DNA of 64,000 nt from Azolla caroliniana. Lineage: Eukaryota > Plantae > Polypodiophyta. Below, one piece after another: positions 12,176 through 27,055 of this stretch (its first letter is position 1; the number at the start of each line of letters is the position of its first letter). The stretch covers positions 29,636,001 through 29,700,000 of the forward strand of contig JBHGNT010000001.1 of assembly GCA_043228905.1 (NCBI GenBank). The letters are read 5' to 3'. The translations under genes were made by a program, and so were the position numbers. The notes under the pieces were generated by a model, which worked only from the letters and a program-made list of their open reading frames with translations, made no database searches and was not told where the DNA came from.

Positions 12176-15100
12176 GGAAACTAACCAAAATCCAAAAGCT
12201 AAACTATGAAGAGCACGATTGATGTTTTATTTTATTTTGTTTCCAAAAGCAATGTGTTTTACCATTGATGATGGCTGTCGGCATTCCTCCGTCCTCAACG
12301 TCTTTTTGTATATTCAAATTCATGTGATTTGGAGCCCTGAAGTGGAGCCCTAACAAAAGGCTATAGTCCATTATTTGCTCGGACACAAGAAAATTACAAT
12401 CATCCTCGATTTGCCTAGTTAAAACATCACAATCCAACCAATCAATCATTAAATCAGTCAATCCATATCATGTTTTCTCATGAAGGGTATTTAGCAATAT
12501 CTTATTGTGTATAATGCAAAAAAAGAGAAAAAAATTGAAGTGAAAAGCACTTGGTCACATGACCACAACTGAAAAGAAAAAGAAAAGAATCACTAAACAA
12601 GAAATTGACAGCCGATGATTACGAACTGGTATTGGTTCTGCCTGGAGAGGTTAAAATATCATTTCATCTATATGTATAAATTAAAAGAAAATTACAGCCA
12701 GCTATGACTTAGACTATATATCAAGCAACCTCAAAACTCCACTAAAGAAATTGAATGTAAAAAATTTGGACATGTGTGCATATTCACATGCACATGAAGA
12801 AGTAGACCAAGTATATTCATGAAATAATTTATTAAGAAAACTACCAAGAGCAGGAATAATGACACCTGGTTTTTCAGGGGGATCTCATAAGATCCATGAG
12901 ATGCCTAACTCTTAAACCATCCTTACGTGGCAGCACAATTCACCACAGTAAACCAATAAAAAAGGAAAATAAAACATGTGCAAATGCAAAAGGTATCATC
13001 ATTCTCTTCCTTACTTGAGGAGAGCTGAACGCCATGATGGCTCAAGATGGAAAGTAAAGTCTAAATCAAGGTCTTTTAGGGTTGTGGTCTCATCAATCTC
13101 GATCTTATCTGCAGACCGACCAAGTGATGATCCCTTCAAGTCAAACCTACGATGAATTCTCAACTCGGTGCAAAATACATTGCCCATCACAACAAACCGA
13201 ACCTTCAAGAAGCAACCACCACAAAGTTCAGTCCTCAGCCTTGATGACCATTTAGAATTTTCAAGGGAAAGCGCCCTATATTGAGTACAAACAAAAAGTT
13301 TAATAGATCTATATCTACATATACCTTATGGCCTCCTGCAAGCTTTATACGGTGAAGGCCAAAAAATTTTGTAATCAAGGTGTTCTCATATTTGCATACA
13401 TGGGCATAGTAATGTGGTAGCATCTTTAATAGCATCTGTATCATATGTAATTTCAAAAAGTGCTGTATATTATTCTAATATAAATGTAACCAAGTTGAAT
13501 TTCTAAATGAAATACAGAAGCTAAGCTTAAAGTCAAATAATACGACAAACCAAACCTGAAACTATGTGAATTTCAAATACCTTGAGTTCTTGTCGACGTA
13601 AAGTCTTGATAAGAAACCGGTCATCCTGGGAAAGGAAAAACATACTCCCACTTTTTCCTGGAGATGACAGCTCTCTCAATTCATCATTGCCACAAATCTT
13701 CAACATATAATCAGCAGCATCAATCTTGAACATCTCGCGTAATGTCCTGAAATATCATTTAGAGAAAATTGTAAAAACTTTTTACATAAATGCTTTTCCC
13801 AAAACGTTTTAAGGGTAGAGATATGGATCACATTCATTTGAAAGAGTGCCTATATCTTACAGTATCTATGCATCTCTCCACATATTCCATTAGGGCATGT
13901 CAAATAGCTATCTATAGGAATTATTATTTCCTTGACTATGCAAATTCCTAGTTGTTGAGTCTCATGTGAACAAAAAGAAATGTCAATCATTTGGTCCATC
14001 GAAATGCATCGGATGGATTAGTGACATGTTTCAGGTCATGTTTTGGAGGAAAAGTTGGAAGAGAAGTCGAGTAATGGAAGTAAAATCTCACACTCTCTAC
14101 TTCTTCATATATTTTTATGAGTGGTTCTCATGATAAGTTGTGTCCAATGAGCATGACATGTGTAACGATCATTAGTAAGGACCTTATCCTATCTAAATAT
14201 GGTATGGACGTAGCCTAATAGCATAAAGGTGTGGCTTCAACTATCTTCATGGATTCATCCACTTGGCTTGCTTTGCCAACTGTGGTAGGCAGCATTGGTT
14301 GAAGAAGTTTTAAATAAAAATGAATAATGTAGTCTCAAAAAATAGCAAAGAAGGTATTCAGAATCTGGAAACAGATAAATATGCTGAAGCAAAATGAATG
14401 AACGCATATGATGCATTTTCATGTCCGTGGGTGGAACAAAAGCAAGAAGAGTAATGAAAGGAAGAGGAATGTCAAAGACTTATCTCTAAAATAACAGAAA
14501 AGAAAATGAACCCTCATAAGCTTGAAAAATTTGAGCAAAAACCAAGCTCTGATCTAAAAAGGCATATGATTGAGAGAGAGAGACAGTGAAATACATATTA
14601 ACTTCTTTTAGGAGGTCAAAATGGCCTTTGAGAAAGACACAGAAGATGTATAATTCCTAATTATGGTGAATTAACACAAGACATAGATCTTATAAAGATT
14701 TATATACAGGGAAAAAGAAGACATGCATATTATGTTAATGCTTCATTAAGCAGACCACATGTACTAATATCGATCATGCATGATGTGCATGTGTAGAAGA
14801 AAGATATAGTAACATTTAATGGAGAGAGCAAGAGAAACGAACCGTGTATTGCTATGACTTTTCTAAAAAGATCATTGCAATGATGCTTTTGATATGGTGT
14901 AGGAAAATTTCTACCTGAAAACAAGTGGGCAGTAATCTTTCCATCGAAAGTCGATTGAATGGTGGCAAGGCGTCAACTGGGAGCCTTGTCGGGGGAAGTT
15001 CATCCAGATCCGTGCTCGATGCCCAAAATCAGCTGCTTCAAGCTCTCGTTTAAGATGGTATATCTTCCCTACACTATACCTGTAGCAGATTGTTTATTTG

Positions 15101-16984
15101 AGTTCTTAAAACCCAAGCATGAGGCTAATATTAAGGTAAAAAATATGATTTTTTTTCTTTTTTCTTTCTTCCTATCGAGGCGGATATCTTTGTTCATGCA
15201 AACATTTCGTAGTTACACAGAGAAAGGAGAAATTATTTGCAAACTATACATAAAGGCCCTCTCATGATTTTTTCAGCTACAATTTTGCAAAACCTTATCC
15301 TAACTCCCTCTAGAAAACACACTGTGCTTTCAGTTTCTTGCTCCATATATCTTGGAAAATTCCTAATGAGTTTTTGTGATGCCTCCATTGCTTAATACTC
15401 TCTGCCAATCCTTGGATGATTAAAAACTCCCCATGCTTCAACACACACACACACACAAAAGTTCATATATACACCTAGAATATATACCTCATCTCCATAT
15501 CTAAAATCAGAAATATATCTCAGTTACACCATAAGCAACAGCTAGGAACTATAACTCCTCTTGGAAAAGCAATTTGTGCAAATCAGAATGGGGTGTTCAA
15601 ATACTACTGTCTCACTTCATTCGGGCAACATTGGCAAGAAGTAAAGTCAGTTAAAAAAGTAAAAAGCTGATGACATTGATCCACAGAGAGAACTGCCTGA
15701 TACTTGATAAACTTACCTCATACCAAGCTGCAAGTCAAGCATAAGATCATAACTTCGGTGCCCTTTGATAATTGTTTCTCCTGGTCTCTTGCTCTCTTTG
15801 ATTAGTTGTCTTTGCCGATATGGTTTATGTCTCGATATTAAAGGGTCTTTAACAATCTCACTTATCAGGACTCCTTGAGCATACTCCCTCTCCACAATGG
15901 GCAACCTTACATCCTTCTCCAGCTGCATCTCATCATCCTCCAAGATTGTTTCATTTGTCACTAGAAGTGACTCCAAACCAAGCAACTTCTCGATCGCACC
16001 CTCCAGACTCCATTTCCTTTCAAGTCCAACTGCCCTAGTGGGTAAAGACTCGGCTTTTCTCAACAAGCTTATTGAGCTTCCTAATGAGGAGTTGTTCATC
16101 TGGTTTTGGCTCTGGATCGGCATATGAGCATACATACCATGAGCCTTGGAGATGTCTGAGGAGGATGTCCGCCACAACCCGAAAGAGTTTCTACGTCTCC
16201 GTACATCATTTCCATCACATTGGGCCGATGAACCATTAGGAGGGCCAGTGAGATACAAAGAAGGCTCAGTGCCAGGTGGGTAGTAAGTACCCTTTCCATC
16301 CTTCAGGCCTCTACTCCATGTGCCCACATAGCAACCGCCATCAACCCATGTATATACACCATATCCATGCTCTTTTCCACTAGCCCAGTATCCATTGAAT
16401 GAGTCCCCATTGCACCAAGTTAGCATCCCTTTGCCAGACATAGAATCGCCTTTCCAGCCTCCGGTATAAGCATTTCGACTGTTCCAAGTGTAAGTCCCAT
16501 GACCCTCTCTCTTCCCTTGATACCAATTTCCCTTATAATGGTCTCCATTGTGATACCGTTGTTCACCAATACCGTGCTTCAAATTCATGACCCAGTTGCC
16601 AGAGTAGGTAGAGCCACAGGGTCCAGTATAGTTGCCAAACCCATGTAAGCATCCATTAAAGAATTGCCCTTCGAATATTGACCCATTAAGCCACGTAAAC
16701 TGCCCCTTTCCGGATTCCATGCCCTTATAGAACTCACCCTCAAATTTAACACCGTCTTTCCATACATAGATACTGCTAGCATTACTAGTACTTCTCTCAA
16801 GGATTGCTTCTTCTCCATTAGGTAGTTTGTATATTTTATCTCTGGCAATTGAACTATGAGGTTCCAAACATCCATTAGGTTTCAAAACCTCTTCAGAAGG
16901 ATGGATTTGATCTTGTCTTCCCTGGGAGGATAGATACAATTGTCTTTCCTTGTCGTGCCCAATATGGATTAGAGAGTTAGACAT
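11037..16984 (-). CDS. PIP5K: Phosphatidylinositol-4-phosphate 5-kinase, MORN-repeat subfamily B (PIP5K7/8/9-like), ~825 aa
   Basis: Exons with GT-AG boundaries and consistent phase: 15717-16984, 14915-15079, 13581-13746, 13325-13435, 13015-13202, 12263-12414, 11604-11739, 11037-11328 (2478 nt). MORN repeats (YxGxWxxGxxHGxG) and kinase motifs [36 protein letters not shown] and KKLEH. Start codon assumed to be the first in-frame ATG. Confidence 0.95.
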
Positions 16985-17979
16985 ACAGAATGAGTCGGAT
17001 TGTTTTCTTTCCAAAGAAGAGGAAATGAAAATTATATTGCTTTAATGCAAACCTGGACGGGTCGAGGAAGACGAAAAAATGATTTGACAATCAGGCGAAT
17101 TTTGTTTTTGTTTTTTTGTGAATCAAATCACACTGCACAGAAAAATATACCGAGAATCACATGGGAAAAAAATTCTGAATCAACGTGCATGGAAAAAGAC
17201 CCCAAGAATGGTATGGAAACGGGGAATCGCATGATGGAATTGGGTATTTGTAAGCTTAAAGAGTCCACTTAATATGGACAAAAAAGACAAGGTAGCTGTA
17301 TCTGTCCCTTCTTTCTTTGTTGCTGTTGTTGTTGTTGTTCTTCTTCTTCTTCTTCTTCTTACTTCTCACTCTCAGATACTCTGTTCTGTATCTGTGCAAC
17401 GGAATTGATCAATCGATTAATGGATGGATGATAAAATGGAAGAAATTGCAAAGGAAAAGCCAATTGGACTGTCATAACATTGGTTAACTTAACTTTAAGG
17501 CTTTGTAATCAGGAGAGAGAGAGAGAGAGAGAGAGAGTGTGTGTGTGTGTGTTTAAGAAGGATTATTGCTGGAGTAAACTTTGCAAAGAAGAGAGAGAGA
17601 GAGAGAGATCTAATGGAAAAATTAAAAGTAATTGTGAAGGATCTAGACAGAAAAAGAGAAGGGGGGGGGGGAATTTAGAGAGGGAATGAGGTTGAGAGGG
17701 TAGGGAGAGATGGAGGGGGAAAAGCAAGAGAGAGAAGTATGAATGAGGGGAAAAGCAAGAGAGAGGGAGGGAGAGGGGAATCTTATTGGAAGTGGAAGAG
17801 AGATTCAGAATTGGAATATGTATGTAATGTATAAAAAATTATGATGAATGGCAGGCAGAAACACCCGACACGCGTATCTACGAATGAGAGTTCGAGAATA
17901 TATACATAACCGCATTGGGTCAAGAAATGTGCCCCCTGGACATGTTGGGCCACTATAATCATTTCCATGCGTAAGCCAC

Positions 17980-18026
<47 letters not shown>

Positions 18027-18119
18027 CCTTATTACATGTCACTACAAAGATATTGTATCATCATGCGATGGCATCAAGATATCTCGTAAAGCAGCGAAGT
18101 TGTAGAATGTATGTAAGTA

Positions 18120-19015
18120 AGTCAGATGCAAGGTGGTGGCATTACAACGCATTTCCATCTACCATTTCGTGCAAAGGTATTCATATGGAGAGTCGTGATT
18201 GGTGGGCTTCCATTAGGTTCGGCCTTAAAGAGACAAGGACTAGGGTCTGGCACTTGTTTCTTTTGCACCACTCCATTGGAGGATAGTACACATAGGTTCA
18301 TAGTACGTAAAATTTGTGTTCGTCTACTATAACATTCATTTTCCTACGTTGGAAAACGAATGCGAATGTTATCCAAACATTCTTGTGTTTTTTTCCCATT
18401 TTTTCCCATTTTTTTAATGTTTTTTTTTTCATTTTTAGGCTTATCTACCTCATAATAAATAGTTAATCCAAAAGTATGGTATTTATCATTCTTTGAGGGT
18501 GTTTTTCTTTCGCGAATGATTGAACCATGCATCGTATGGTACGTATGGTTCATACTATGCATAAGTTCATTAAATGTCCTATAGTGTGTACCATTTGGAA
18601 GTACTTATCGGACATTTGGCATGTTTTAACCTATTGTTGTTTGAGACCTCGACAATGGGTTTTTTCTCAATATGTTCAAAATGGTTCAAATGATGAGATG
18701 GAGATATTGTTCTAATTTTTACGTTATAGGGACTACAACACAATTGGAATATGCGTAATGCTTTCATGTTTGATAATAGACATGGGGTGAAAGCCTATAT
18801 AAAGAAGTTTAAAGGAATTCTCATGTGGAATTTTTGGATGTTAGAACATGTGGGATCATTTCCTCAAATTCATATTCAAGTTTTTTAATGGCATTTTAGA
18901 ACGTTTGTCTCCCTACATAGGCATATGATAGGTAGAGGAGACTAAGAAGTGTTGTAACTAAGTGGATTTTACATACAATTAATATAATTGTGTGCTTTTA
19001 GAAAAAAAACCAAAA
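18120..19015 (+). mobile_element. 5'-truncated L1-like LINE 3' end (zf-RVT region and A-rich tail)
   Basis: KVFIWRVVIGGLPLG...CFFC...EDSTHRFIKCP after removing the MITE; A-rich tail at ~19000. Confidence 0.8.
18299..18559. mobile_element. hAT-type MITE (261 bp) inside the LINE
   Basis: TIRs CATAGTACG / CATACTATG. 8-bp TSD CATAGGTT (18291-18298) and CATAAGTT (18560-18567). Excision restores the LINE frame H-R-F-I-K-C. Confidence 0.8.
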
Positions 19016-19250
19016 GAGAATATGACCTTATGAAACTAAACACATAACATTTTTCACTTGGTACATGTGAAAGTGAGCGACGACTCTCTCGATGTTCAAG
19101 AACTTTACTTTACTAATTGCGAGAGAAATTTCATGCAATGCGCATTGGGTTTGGTCGAAGATGTGCGGAAAGCAGAGACAAATATGATCAAAAGCAGTTC
19201 ATTGTATCAAAGTTTGATACTCCCAACTCCTAAACATGTTAGGGAACTTG
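19016..19250 (-). mobile_element. RTE-like LINE 3' end fragment
   Basis: Reverse complement matches 40770-41010. It sits tail-to-tail with the preceding LINE. Confidence 0.7.
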
Positions 19251-20578
19251 TGTAGAGAGAGAGGAGAGAGATTCCTAACTCCTCCCATAAACAAGAGGGA
19301 ATTAGTGTTCACTCAAGTGTCATGACATATCTTATACTTGAGAGGCTTCGTGCTATACATAATCTAGTCCTTCGAAAGCTTAGGTCAATAAACAATCTCA
19401 TTAGGGATTTCGGAAAAAGGTGTCTTGTTCATTTCTTGAGTTTTTGAGCTTTGTAGAAGGAATGTAGACACTTTTGGAATATTACATTGCATAATGGGGT
19501 TTATACGACAATTGGTTCAATTAACCTTGAGTTGTGTCAACTTTCCTACTTTTATCGTACACCATTGTGCCAACTAATTCACATCATGTTGCATGTGTAA
19601 GTATATTGATTAAACCGCATCCCACCTTGATTGTTATGGGTTCATTTACTAGATGAACTATTCAGACATTTGCTTTTTGACCATGAGGTGAAGTTTGCCC
19701 TAACTCGTCGATAAATTATGTAACATGACTACCTTAGACTCCGGAGAACACATATGGTTGTAACTTGTAAGTTGTATCTTGAATAATTAATGAAATTCTA
19801 ATGCTGACAATATTCAAACAAACTTTGTATTGCAAGTAAAGCACTTTTTAATATGATATCTACACATTTCACATAGAATGAAATAGATTATGTAAAGGAA
19901 ATCATTGTGAGGACATAAGTAAGAAAGCCAATTCTTTGAAAGGTTATTAGATGGGAAAGTATACTAGTTAAAGCTACACAATAAGAGAACGAGAATGACA
20001 AGAGAACCAAGTAGAGAATTATTATGATGTATAAAGCTCACTATTGACATCTTTTTACTTGCATTTTTCTATAAATAAAACAATGGGTTCTTTCTTTATT
20101 AATAAACATGGTTAGTTATGATAGGTGACATTGACGCATAGCATAGTTTGTTGGTTTATTTCAAAAGTGGAAATGTGAAGTCACCTAAGTCAGTACAGGG
20201 TAATGTTATGACAGGTGGCAACTTCAAAAAACATATCTATTTTCAATTGCTTCATGGAGGATGTTAAAATAATGGGGATTGGCTATTCATGGGTGCTCCA
20301 TGCATGGTAGATATCATCGAACCTAAAAGTGAGTTAGTTGTGAGTGGATGCATTCACCCAATTACAATATTCACTTATGTTATCAAACTTAAAAAGATGG
20401 ATCCTTTCAACTCACAATAATATACATAAAAGCTTGGAACGTTCCCAAATTATAATTTGTATTGGAGAATGCACTATCAAAGTTACAAATGTGGTTAACT
20501 CATATATTATGTTATACACATTTACACTTCTACACTAAATTATGCAAAAATATTGGTGGTGCGTTTTACATACTACTT

Positions 20579-20616
<38 letters not shown>

Positions 20617-22647
20617 TCTCTCAAAGTGTTGCTTAATCGTGATATAATAACATTAATTGTAATATTCACTATAGGAATGCACGACATGAAGGATTAAAAA
20701 AAAATTAGTTGATGGTTTGAATATCTAGATCATGTTTTTCGATTTCGAACATCATTTATGCTCATAGACTCTAGTCTAGTTGCAAACTTGCAAGAATGTG
20801 AACCAACAAGATAATGGTTGTTCTTTTACATGGGGATTTCTTCAATTTAGTTTTAGTTTTTTGCCTTTCAATTCTAGAAAGTAATTGGTCACTGCATGTT
20901 GCACGGGATGTTTAATGTTTGTTGTATTAGTTGTATGAACTCACTAGTCTCTAAGAAAACCTAAATGTCACAAGGTTTTTATTCATTTTGTCGGTTGTAT
21001 GTTAAAGAACGTTGGTTTTATGATCGAAGTACCTTTATTCACCCTACAACATTGACCTTTTTATCATGAAAAGCAAAGGAGAGTATAAGGACATAAGGTC
21101 CAATTTTTCTAGGAGCTTGCTCGAGTAAAAGCAATTAATACAACATGTATCACATCAACCCTTTTCCCAAGTTTTCCAACAAAAAGACCAATAAGAGCAC
21201 CCATTTTCAAGTTTACTTGCTTTTCCTTAAAGACAGATCGTTTGAGATCGAGATATGATAGCAAAATTAAAGCTTAGTTAATTACAACACCGAGATTGAA
21301 AAATGTAACTTTGAATCGAGACTTTGTCACATTCTACATATTGCATGTAGCATCAACTCTTTCCAAAGTTTTTCAAGAAAAAGACCCATTGGAGTGCTCA
21401 TTTTCAAGTTTATAGGCCTTTCATTAAAGATACATTGATTGAGATCAAGATATGATAACAAATTAAAGCTTACTTAATTACCACAATAGTAACAACCAAA
21501 GCTAACCAACCATTTTATGAAATATAACAAAAGATATTGTTCATGAATAATGGAGATGATTGGATTGAGTTTTTAGAACATTACAATCCCAATAATTGCG
21601 AACATATGATCTCGCATACACATGTGCACCAAAAACATTCTTGCCAAAAATCAATCATCCCTTGCATTTCCTCTAGAATGTTTGACACAAGACCCTCTCT
21701 CTATGTTGATGCAAGTTTACAAATTTGGTTTTTGATGGAAAGACCTTCAAAATTAGCCGTTGTCATGTGTTGAGTTATGGAGATGATAGAAATTATTGGC
21801 ATATTCATGCTCATGACTTACATCCACTCATCGCCTTATAGATCACAAGATGAAGCCACACTCACTGAATCCCACAAAACCGTATCTAGTCAAATAATGT
21901 CCATCTCATCTCAAAATGGAGCAATGAGATTACTATGCCATGAAAGAAGTAAAAATCAAACACTACACAACACATGCCCATGCTTGCACCAATGTTTCAT
22001 TGGTCACACCCTTTAGTTTCAAGCTCACATTGAATGGCTACTAATCAATACATATAATCTACAATGTAATATCTTTGTATTGTATTTACACAACCTTGTG
22101 AATTCTAATATCATTGACCCAAAAAATAACATGTATGTATGCACATTTATCTTTTAAAACTATTGATGAACATGCAATCAACACAAACACGATTTGTGTC
22201 TCATACTTCAATCGTACAATACATGACAAAAAAAAGTACATTTATTGTAGTGAGATAATGTTCTTAAAATAAAACCATCATAGATGTGTTCATGGTTTGA
22301 TAAATCTAAATAATTGGGTACAAGTGTGGTGGTTTTTACAAACTTGTGCAATGTTTTGATTGGGTAACACTTTATAGATAGCCTATACAAATGCAAAGTG
22401 GAATCGAATCTTAATGAGAGGTGTTTTGAAGGATATTTTGGTCTAATAAACTATTCTAAACAAGTCAAGTAAAATATATAAGTAACGAGACAAGATCAAA
22501 TATGGGTATAGTCATTTTGTGCATAATGCAAATTTGAGACAATAGTCAATTTAACAAGGGAAGAGTGTTGTCGTACAAGTTTATAGTACACGACGAGTTA
22601 CCATTACATAAGAATCTCGACAAGGTTCAAATAGATCCAACTACTTT

Positions 22648-22928
22648 TACGTTTTTTCACTATAGTTATGCCCCCCCCCCCCCCCCCCCCCCCCCCAATG
22701 TGTATATTTTGGGACCCCCTTTTGGGTGGATATAAAAACCCAGTTTCACTACTTTTCGTCGTTAATTAAAGCACTATTCCAGAAGACACTATACGTTTTT
22801 TCACTATAGTTATGCCCCCCCCCCCCCCCCCCCCAATGTGTCTATTTTGGGACCCGCTTTTTGGTGGATTAAAAAACCCAATTTCACTACTTTTCCTCTT
22901 TAAATTAAAGCACTATTCCAGAAGACAC
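22648..22928. repeat. Two-copy ~140-bp tandem duplication with long poly-C tracts
   Basis: TACGTTTTTTCACTATAGTTATG-(C26 or C20)-AATGTG...CACTATTCCAGAAGACAC occurs twice. Confidence 0.9.
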
Positions 22929-23902
22929 CATTTCCCTCTCTATTGACAAAGACGACATTGTTACATTAGAATTTAGGCCTAAATATCCTTGCTCATTCAA
23001 AATTCAATGGGTAGTGACACAAGCACTAAATTGGATTATACTATTCTCTATTGTATCTTTTATATATGAACCTCCTTGGGATCAAGGTGAACCACAACAC
23101 ACTCACTTATGATCCTTGAAACATGGGTTAGACCTATTAAAGTGGATGGATTGAAGGTCCAAAGAGAGCCCAGAAATATGTGGCTAAAGTTGTAGCTATA
23201 CAATTCATGCTTTTAAATTCAACTCAAATCATTATCAGTTGTAATGCCTAGAAACCATGGTTATTCATCATAGATTTTTAAGAAACCTAGAACTTTTATT
23301 ATTTACTCAACATAGATAACCTAAACCTACCCACAAACTTATAAGTTATGCCTCGTGTGGAGGTTAAGATATTTTCCTACAACCACACTAGAAACGATTA
23401 AATTTTTTGCTTTGCATCTCTCCATATTACCAATGAGAATCTTGAAGATGAGGCGAAAACCCACAAAAAATACTAAATGCCAAGGTGTGCTCAAAAGCAT
23501 TGAAAGAAATTTCGAAGGGGAATTATCATAGAGCAAGAGACAATCATGCAGTGTCAGCATGAGAGAATTCTTGAAGAAGAGGAATGCATTTAGAACAGGT
23601 TGATAAACCAAATCCTCTATTTCATGCAAAATTTCTCACTGAGTGTGACACAATGTCTTGAAACCTCAAGATGAGCTGAAAACCCACAAAAAATATTAAA
23701 GTGCAAAGTTATGCTCAAAAGCATTGAAAGAAATTTCGCAATTCTCAAGGGAAATTATCATTGAGCAAGAGACAATCATGCAATGGCGACATGAGAGAAT
23801 TGTTGAAGAAGAAGAATTCATTTAGAACTTGTAGATTGAAGAAACAATGCTAGCAAAGATACCCAATTATGAACTAAATCCTCTATGCCATGCCAAATTT
23901 CT

Positions 23903-23932
23903 CTTTCTTGGCCTTTTGGCAAAGATCAAGTG
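23903..23932 (+). pseudogene. U2: U2 snRNA 5' fragment (3'-truncated retrocopy)
   Basis: CTTTCTTGGCCTTTTGGCAAAGATCAAGTG matches the U2 5' end (CTTTCTCGGCCTTTTGGCTAAGATCAAGTG, recalled from memory) at 28/30. Similarity stops at the branch-point pairing region. Confidence 0.8.
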
Positions 23933-24510
23933 CAAATAAAAAATTTAAACAGCACACTATGATCAGAATTTCAAGTTTTGAATGGACAAAGATATGGAAA
24001 AATGGTTTGGAAAATAGTTTCAATTAAACTTCCTTGACGATGCATCATGGCTAAGGTTTTACGCAATATATGCACCAAAATACAAAAACCATCTTAAATT
24101 TCTAAGAATCAACAAACCACACCCACCCACGCATCCCAGACCCGAACCCGTTTTTTGCTATCGACAACATTGCTTCATACACCTTAACTCACATTTTCTG
24201 TGGTGTTGTGAGATGTGACGATGTGAGTGCAATCGAGCAAGGTCATCGACTTTCCATATTTTGCCTTGAACAAGTTTGAGAGTTTGAGTATCACACATTC
24301 TAAAATACTCCATCTTTGATTACATTCAAGTTTGCTTTCTTGGATCTAACCTATACATGTTTCTCTCACAGTCACATGTGCACTCTCAATTGTAACATTT
24401 GTTTATAAAATTCTTGAAGGTTGAGATTACTAAACACCATGAATCCTTTGGTCATATAGGTCATATTTGACCTCCAAGAATGATAATGAGATTGATCTAT
24501 CTCTCTCTTC
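23933..24510 (+). mobile_element. Decayed RTE-like LINE 3' fragment
   Basis: Colinear with 40370-41050 (GATATGGAAAAATGGTTTGG; TAGGTCATATTTGACCTCCAA; CT-rich tail). Confidence 0.7.
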
Positions 24511-27055
24511 CTTTGTTTGTCTCTTTCTTTCACACTCACCTCCAACGACTAAAACAAATATACTCAATATTTGTTGTAGATATTAATTAAATTCAAGCCA
24601 TTTCATCTTATCTAGGGATTCCCTCAAATACATCACTAAAACCAACAAGTTCAGCCAAATCATAAAAAATATAATGTAAATCTTTGGCTCAAATGTTTGA
24701 TTGATCATCCCTATCAATGAATTTATCGACGACACCAATTCAAGATCTCAATTTGGCGTAGGCATTTCATTTATGACGATATCTTGTTCTAGATCTCTTA
24801 TCAATTAAGAGGAAACTTAAATGATATATCATCATTTCCAATCCACTTCGCATGAGAAGTGTGTGACTTGATCACATTGGTCCAAAAAACATCCAAAACA
24901 ACCCTAAATGTGGCGATTGTGTAGAAATCTCTCCTATTAATTTCACGAGGGTCTTCTTGTATGAATGTTACACCAAACCTCTTTCATGATAGATGTTTTT
25001 GTTGGTATTCATCCCAACCTAGATGCGTGGGTCAAATTTGGAGCATTCTAGAAGTCGGGAAAGTACTAAGAAACAAGTTTTTAAGTTGAAAATTCTTCAA
25101 GAAGGTTTTTTTTCCCTTGTGAGGTTATATGACTAAAAAGATAGAGAACGGATGAAGTAGATGTATCATTTGTCCCGTGATTTATGTTGTTCCCCTTTTG
25201 ATTAAGGAGCTTATCCCCCATCATCACACTTGTTGACCGTTTTTCTCCATTTCCGGGTCATTTGTAAAGAATGGAAAGAGATCAAATTTGAGTTTGACAT
25301 AACCAATACCCTTCGACTTCCAAAATTTTTCGATATCCCTCTATGATTCTATGGGACACATGGAATGGGCAAGGGATAGTGTGGAGAATCTATATTTTTT
25401 ATACCCTTCTCCCAAAATAGATTGTTCACTTGTTGGACAAAGGCACATGGCCTGGATCATGGATGTAAGGGTACGATCTATGAACATGTACTTGTATTCG
25501 GGAGACAAGATCCTTAGGTGGGTATCCATGATTCAAGCTTCTTCTTGTTGCAATCAATTAAAGATTGCCTCTCAATTCAAGATTGAAAAAAAAGTTCACT
25601 TGTTTTTAGGAGGAGATATGCATTTGTATATGTTTCATTAATTTTTCATTGATGGACTAAACTTCAAATCCGCTAAATACCACATTCCATATTACTTTAA
25701 ATTGTTTCTATATCATCCTTCCCTACTTTTGAATTTTGTAGTATATCCACATCATTCATACCTCTCAATCTCTCTTGATTAGTTGACGCTTTAGAATTGT
25801 CAAATTTGAATAAAATTTAGACATTGGATTCTAGACAATCATGATTGCGTGCAACTCAACCAACAATCTAACCCTAGAAACAATGCCATAAATGCTTTAG
25901 AATGAGTCAATATTATGACAACATTGTCTGGGCAAAGAGGATTCAATAGAAAGAATGAACCACCGGTCTAGATCTTTTGTAGAAGTCTTACAGCTACAAC
26001 ATTGAGTACCTTCACAATATGAAGTTGGCATCACAATGGAGATAGGGATGGGTCACAGTTGGGTTTTCTTTGGTCAAGTGTGATCCTAAAAATACATAAA
26101 AACCACCTAATGCTTAGCAAGATTTAACAGTTTTTCACATGCTCATAGACATTTAAGAATGTACCTTTTCAAATGACATAGAATCTGTCATACAAAACCA
26201 AGAGCTGAAAGTTGCATTTCTGTGAAGATTAAAGTCTACATGCACACAAGTTGCAAAAATGGAATAATTACAACACATTGGCTGGAGGTAGATAATTGCA
26301 ACAATTATAGTTTAAATGTAAGTCCCATTTGTCAAGCACTGTCATAAAATATACTAGCGCCAAGTTTCATTTCCAGGCATTTCCAAGCATCCAATGCAAC
26401 CTTGACTGCCGATAAACTTTGATCAAATACAATTTGTGCCAAAGATGTTTGATAAGAGTCATGTTACCCATATAAATGAAGCAAGGCTAAACAAATATCC
26501 CAAATAAACAAATCTATTCAACATTTTTAGCAACTCTTAAAAAGAGAGTAAACGGTGCATTTTAAGACAGTTGTGCACTGTGGTCTGTAGTTAAAAAGCT
26601 CAAGTGAATTCAATAAATTTGAGGTAAATGGGGAGAGTCCACTTTAATGGAAACATCATGTATGCTCATAACATGTTTAATGCATCATCATCATCATCAT
26701 CATCATCATCATATTAATAAATGTAAATCAATGTTTCCCAATTTAAGGCCTGAACATAGGAAACAATTAGAAAAATGAATTTGGGATCTTAATGTTACAA
26801 CTCAGCCTACCTGGCGAATCACAGACTACCTTAGGCCTGGATGGGCTAAAGTTTGTTTGAAGATACAATAGAAGAGCATCATTGAATGGCTTCCATACCC
26901 CTCTCTCTCTCCATCTCTGATGTTTCAATCCAGTCAGATTTCACCTCAATTCACAGAAGATAAATCAAGAATTGATATAGTGATGAAATTCCCCCAGGCT
27001 TTTTGGCCACTTCTTTTGTCAGCACCATTCTTATAGTGATTTGTCCCTTACCCCA

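Noticed and set aside
16985-17014. N-terminal extension of PIP5K in the ORF track
   Set aside because: It starts at TTG; the first in-frame ATG is at 16984.
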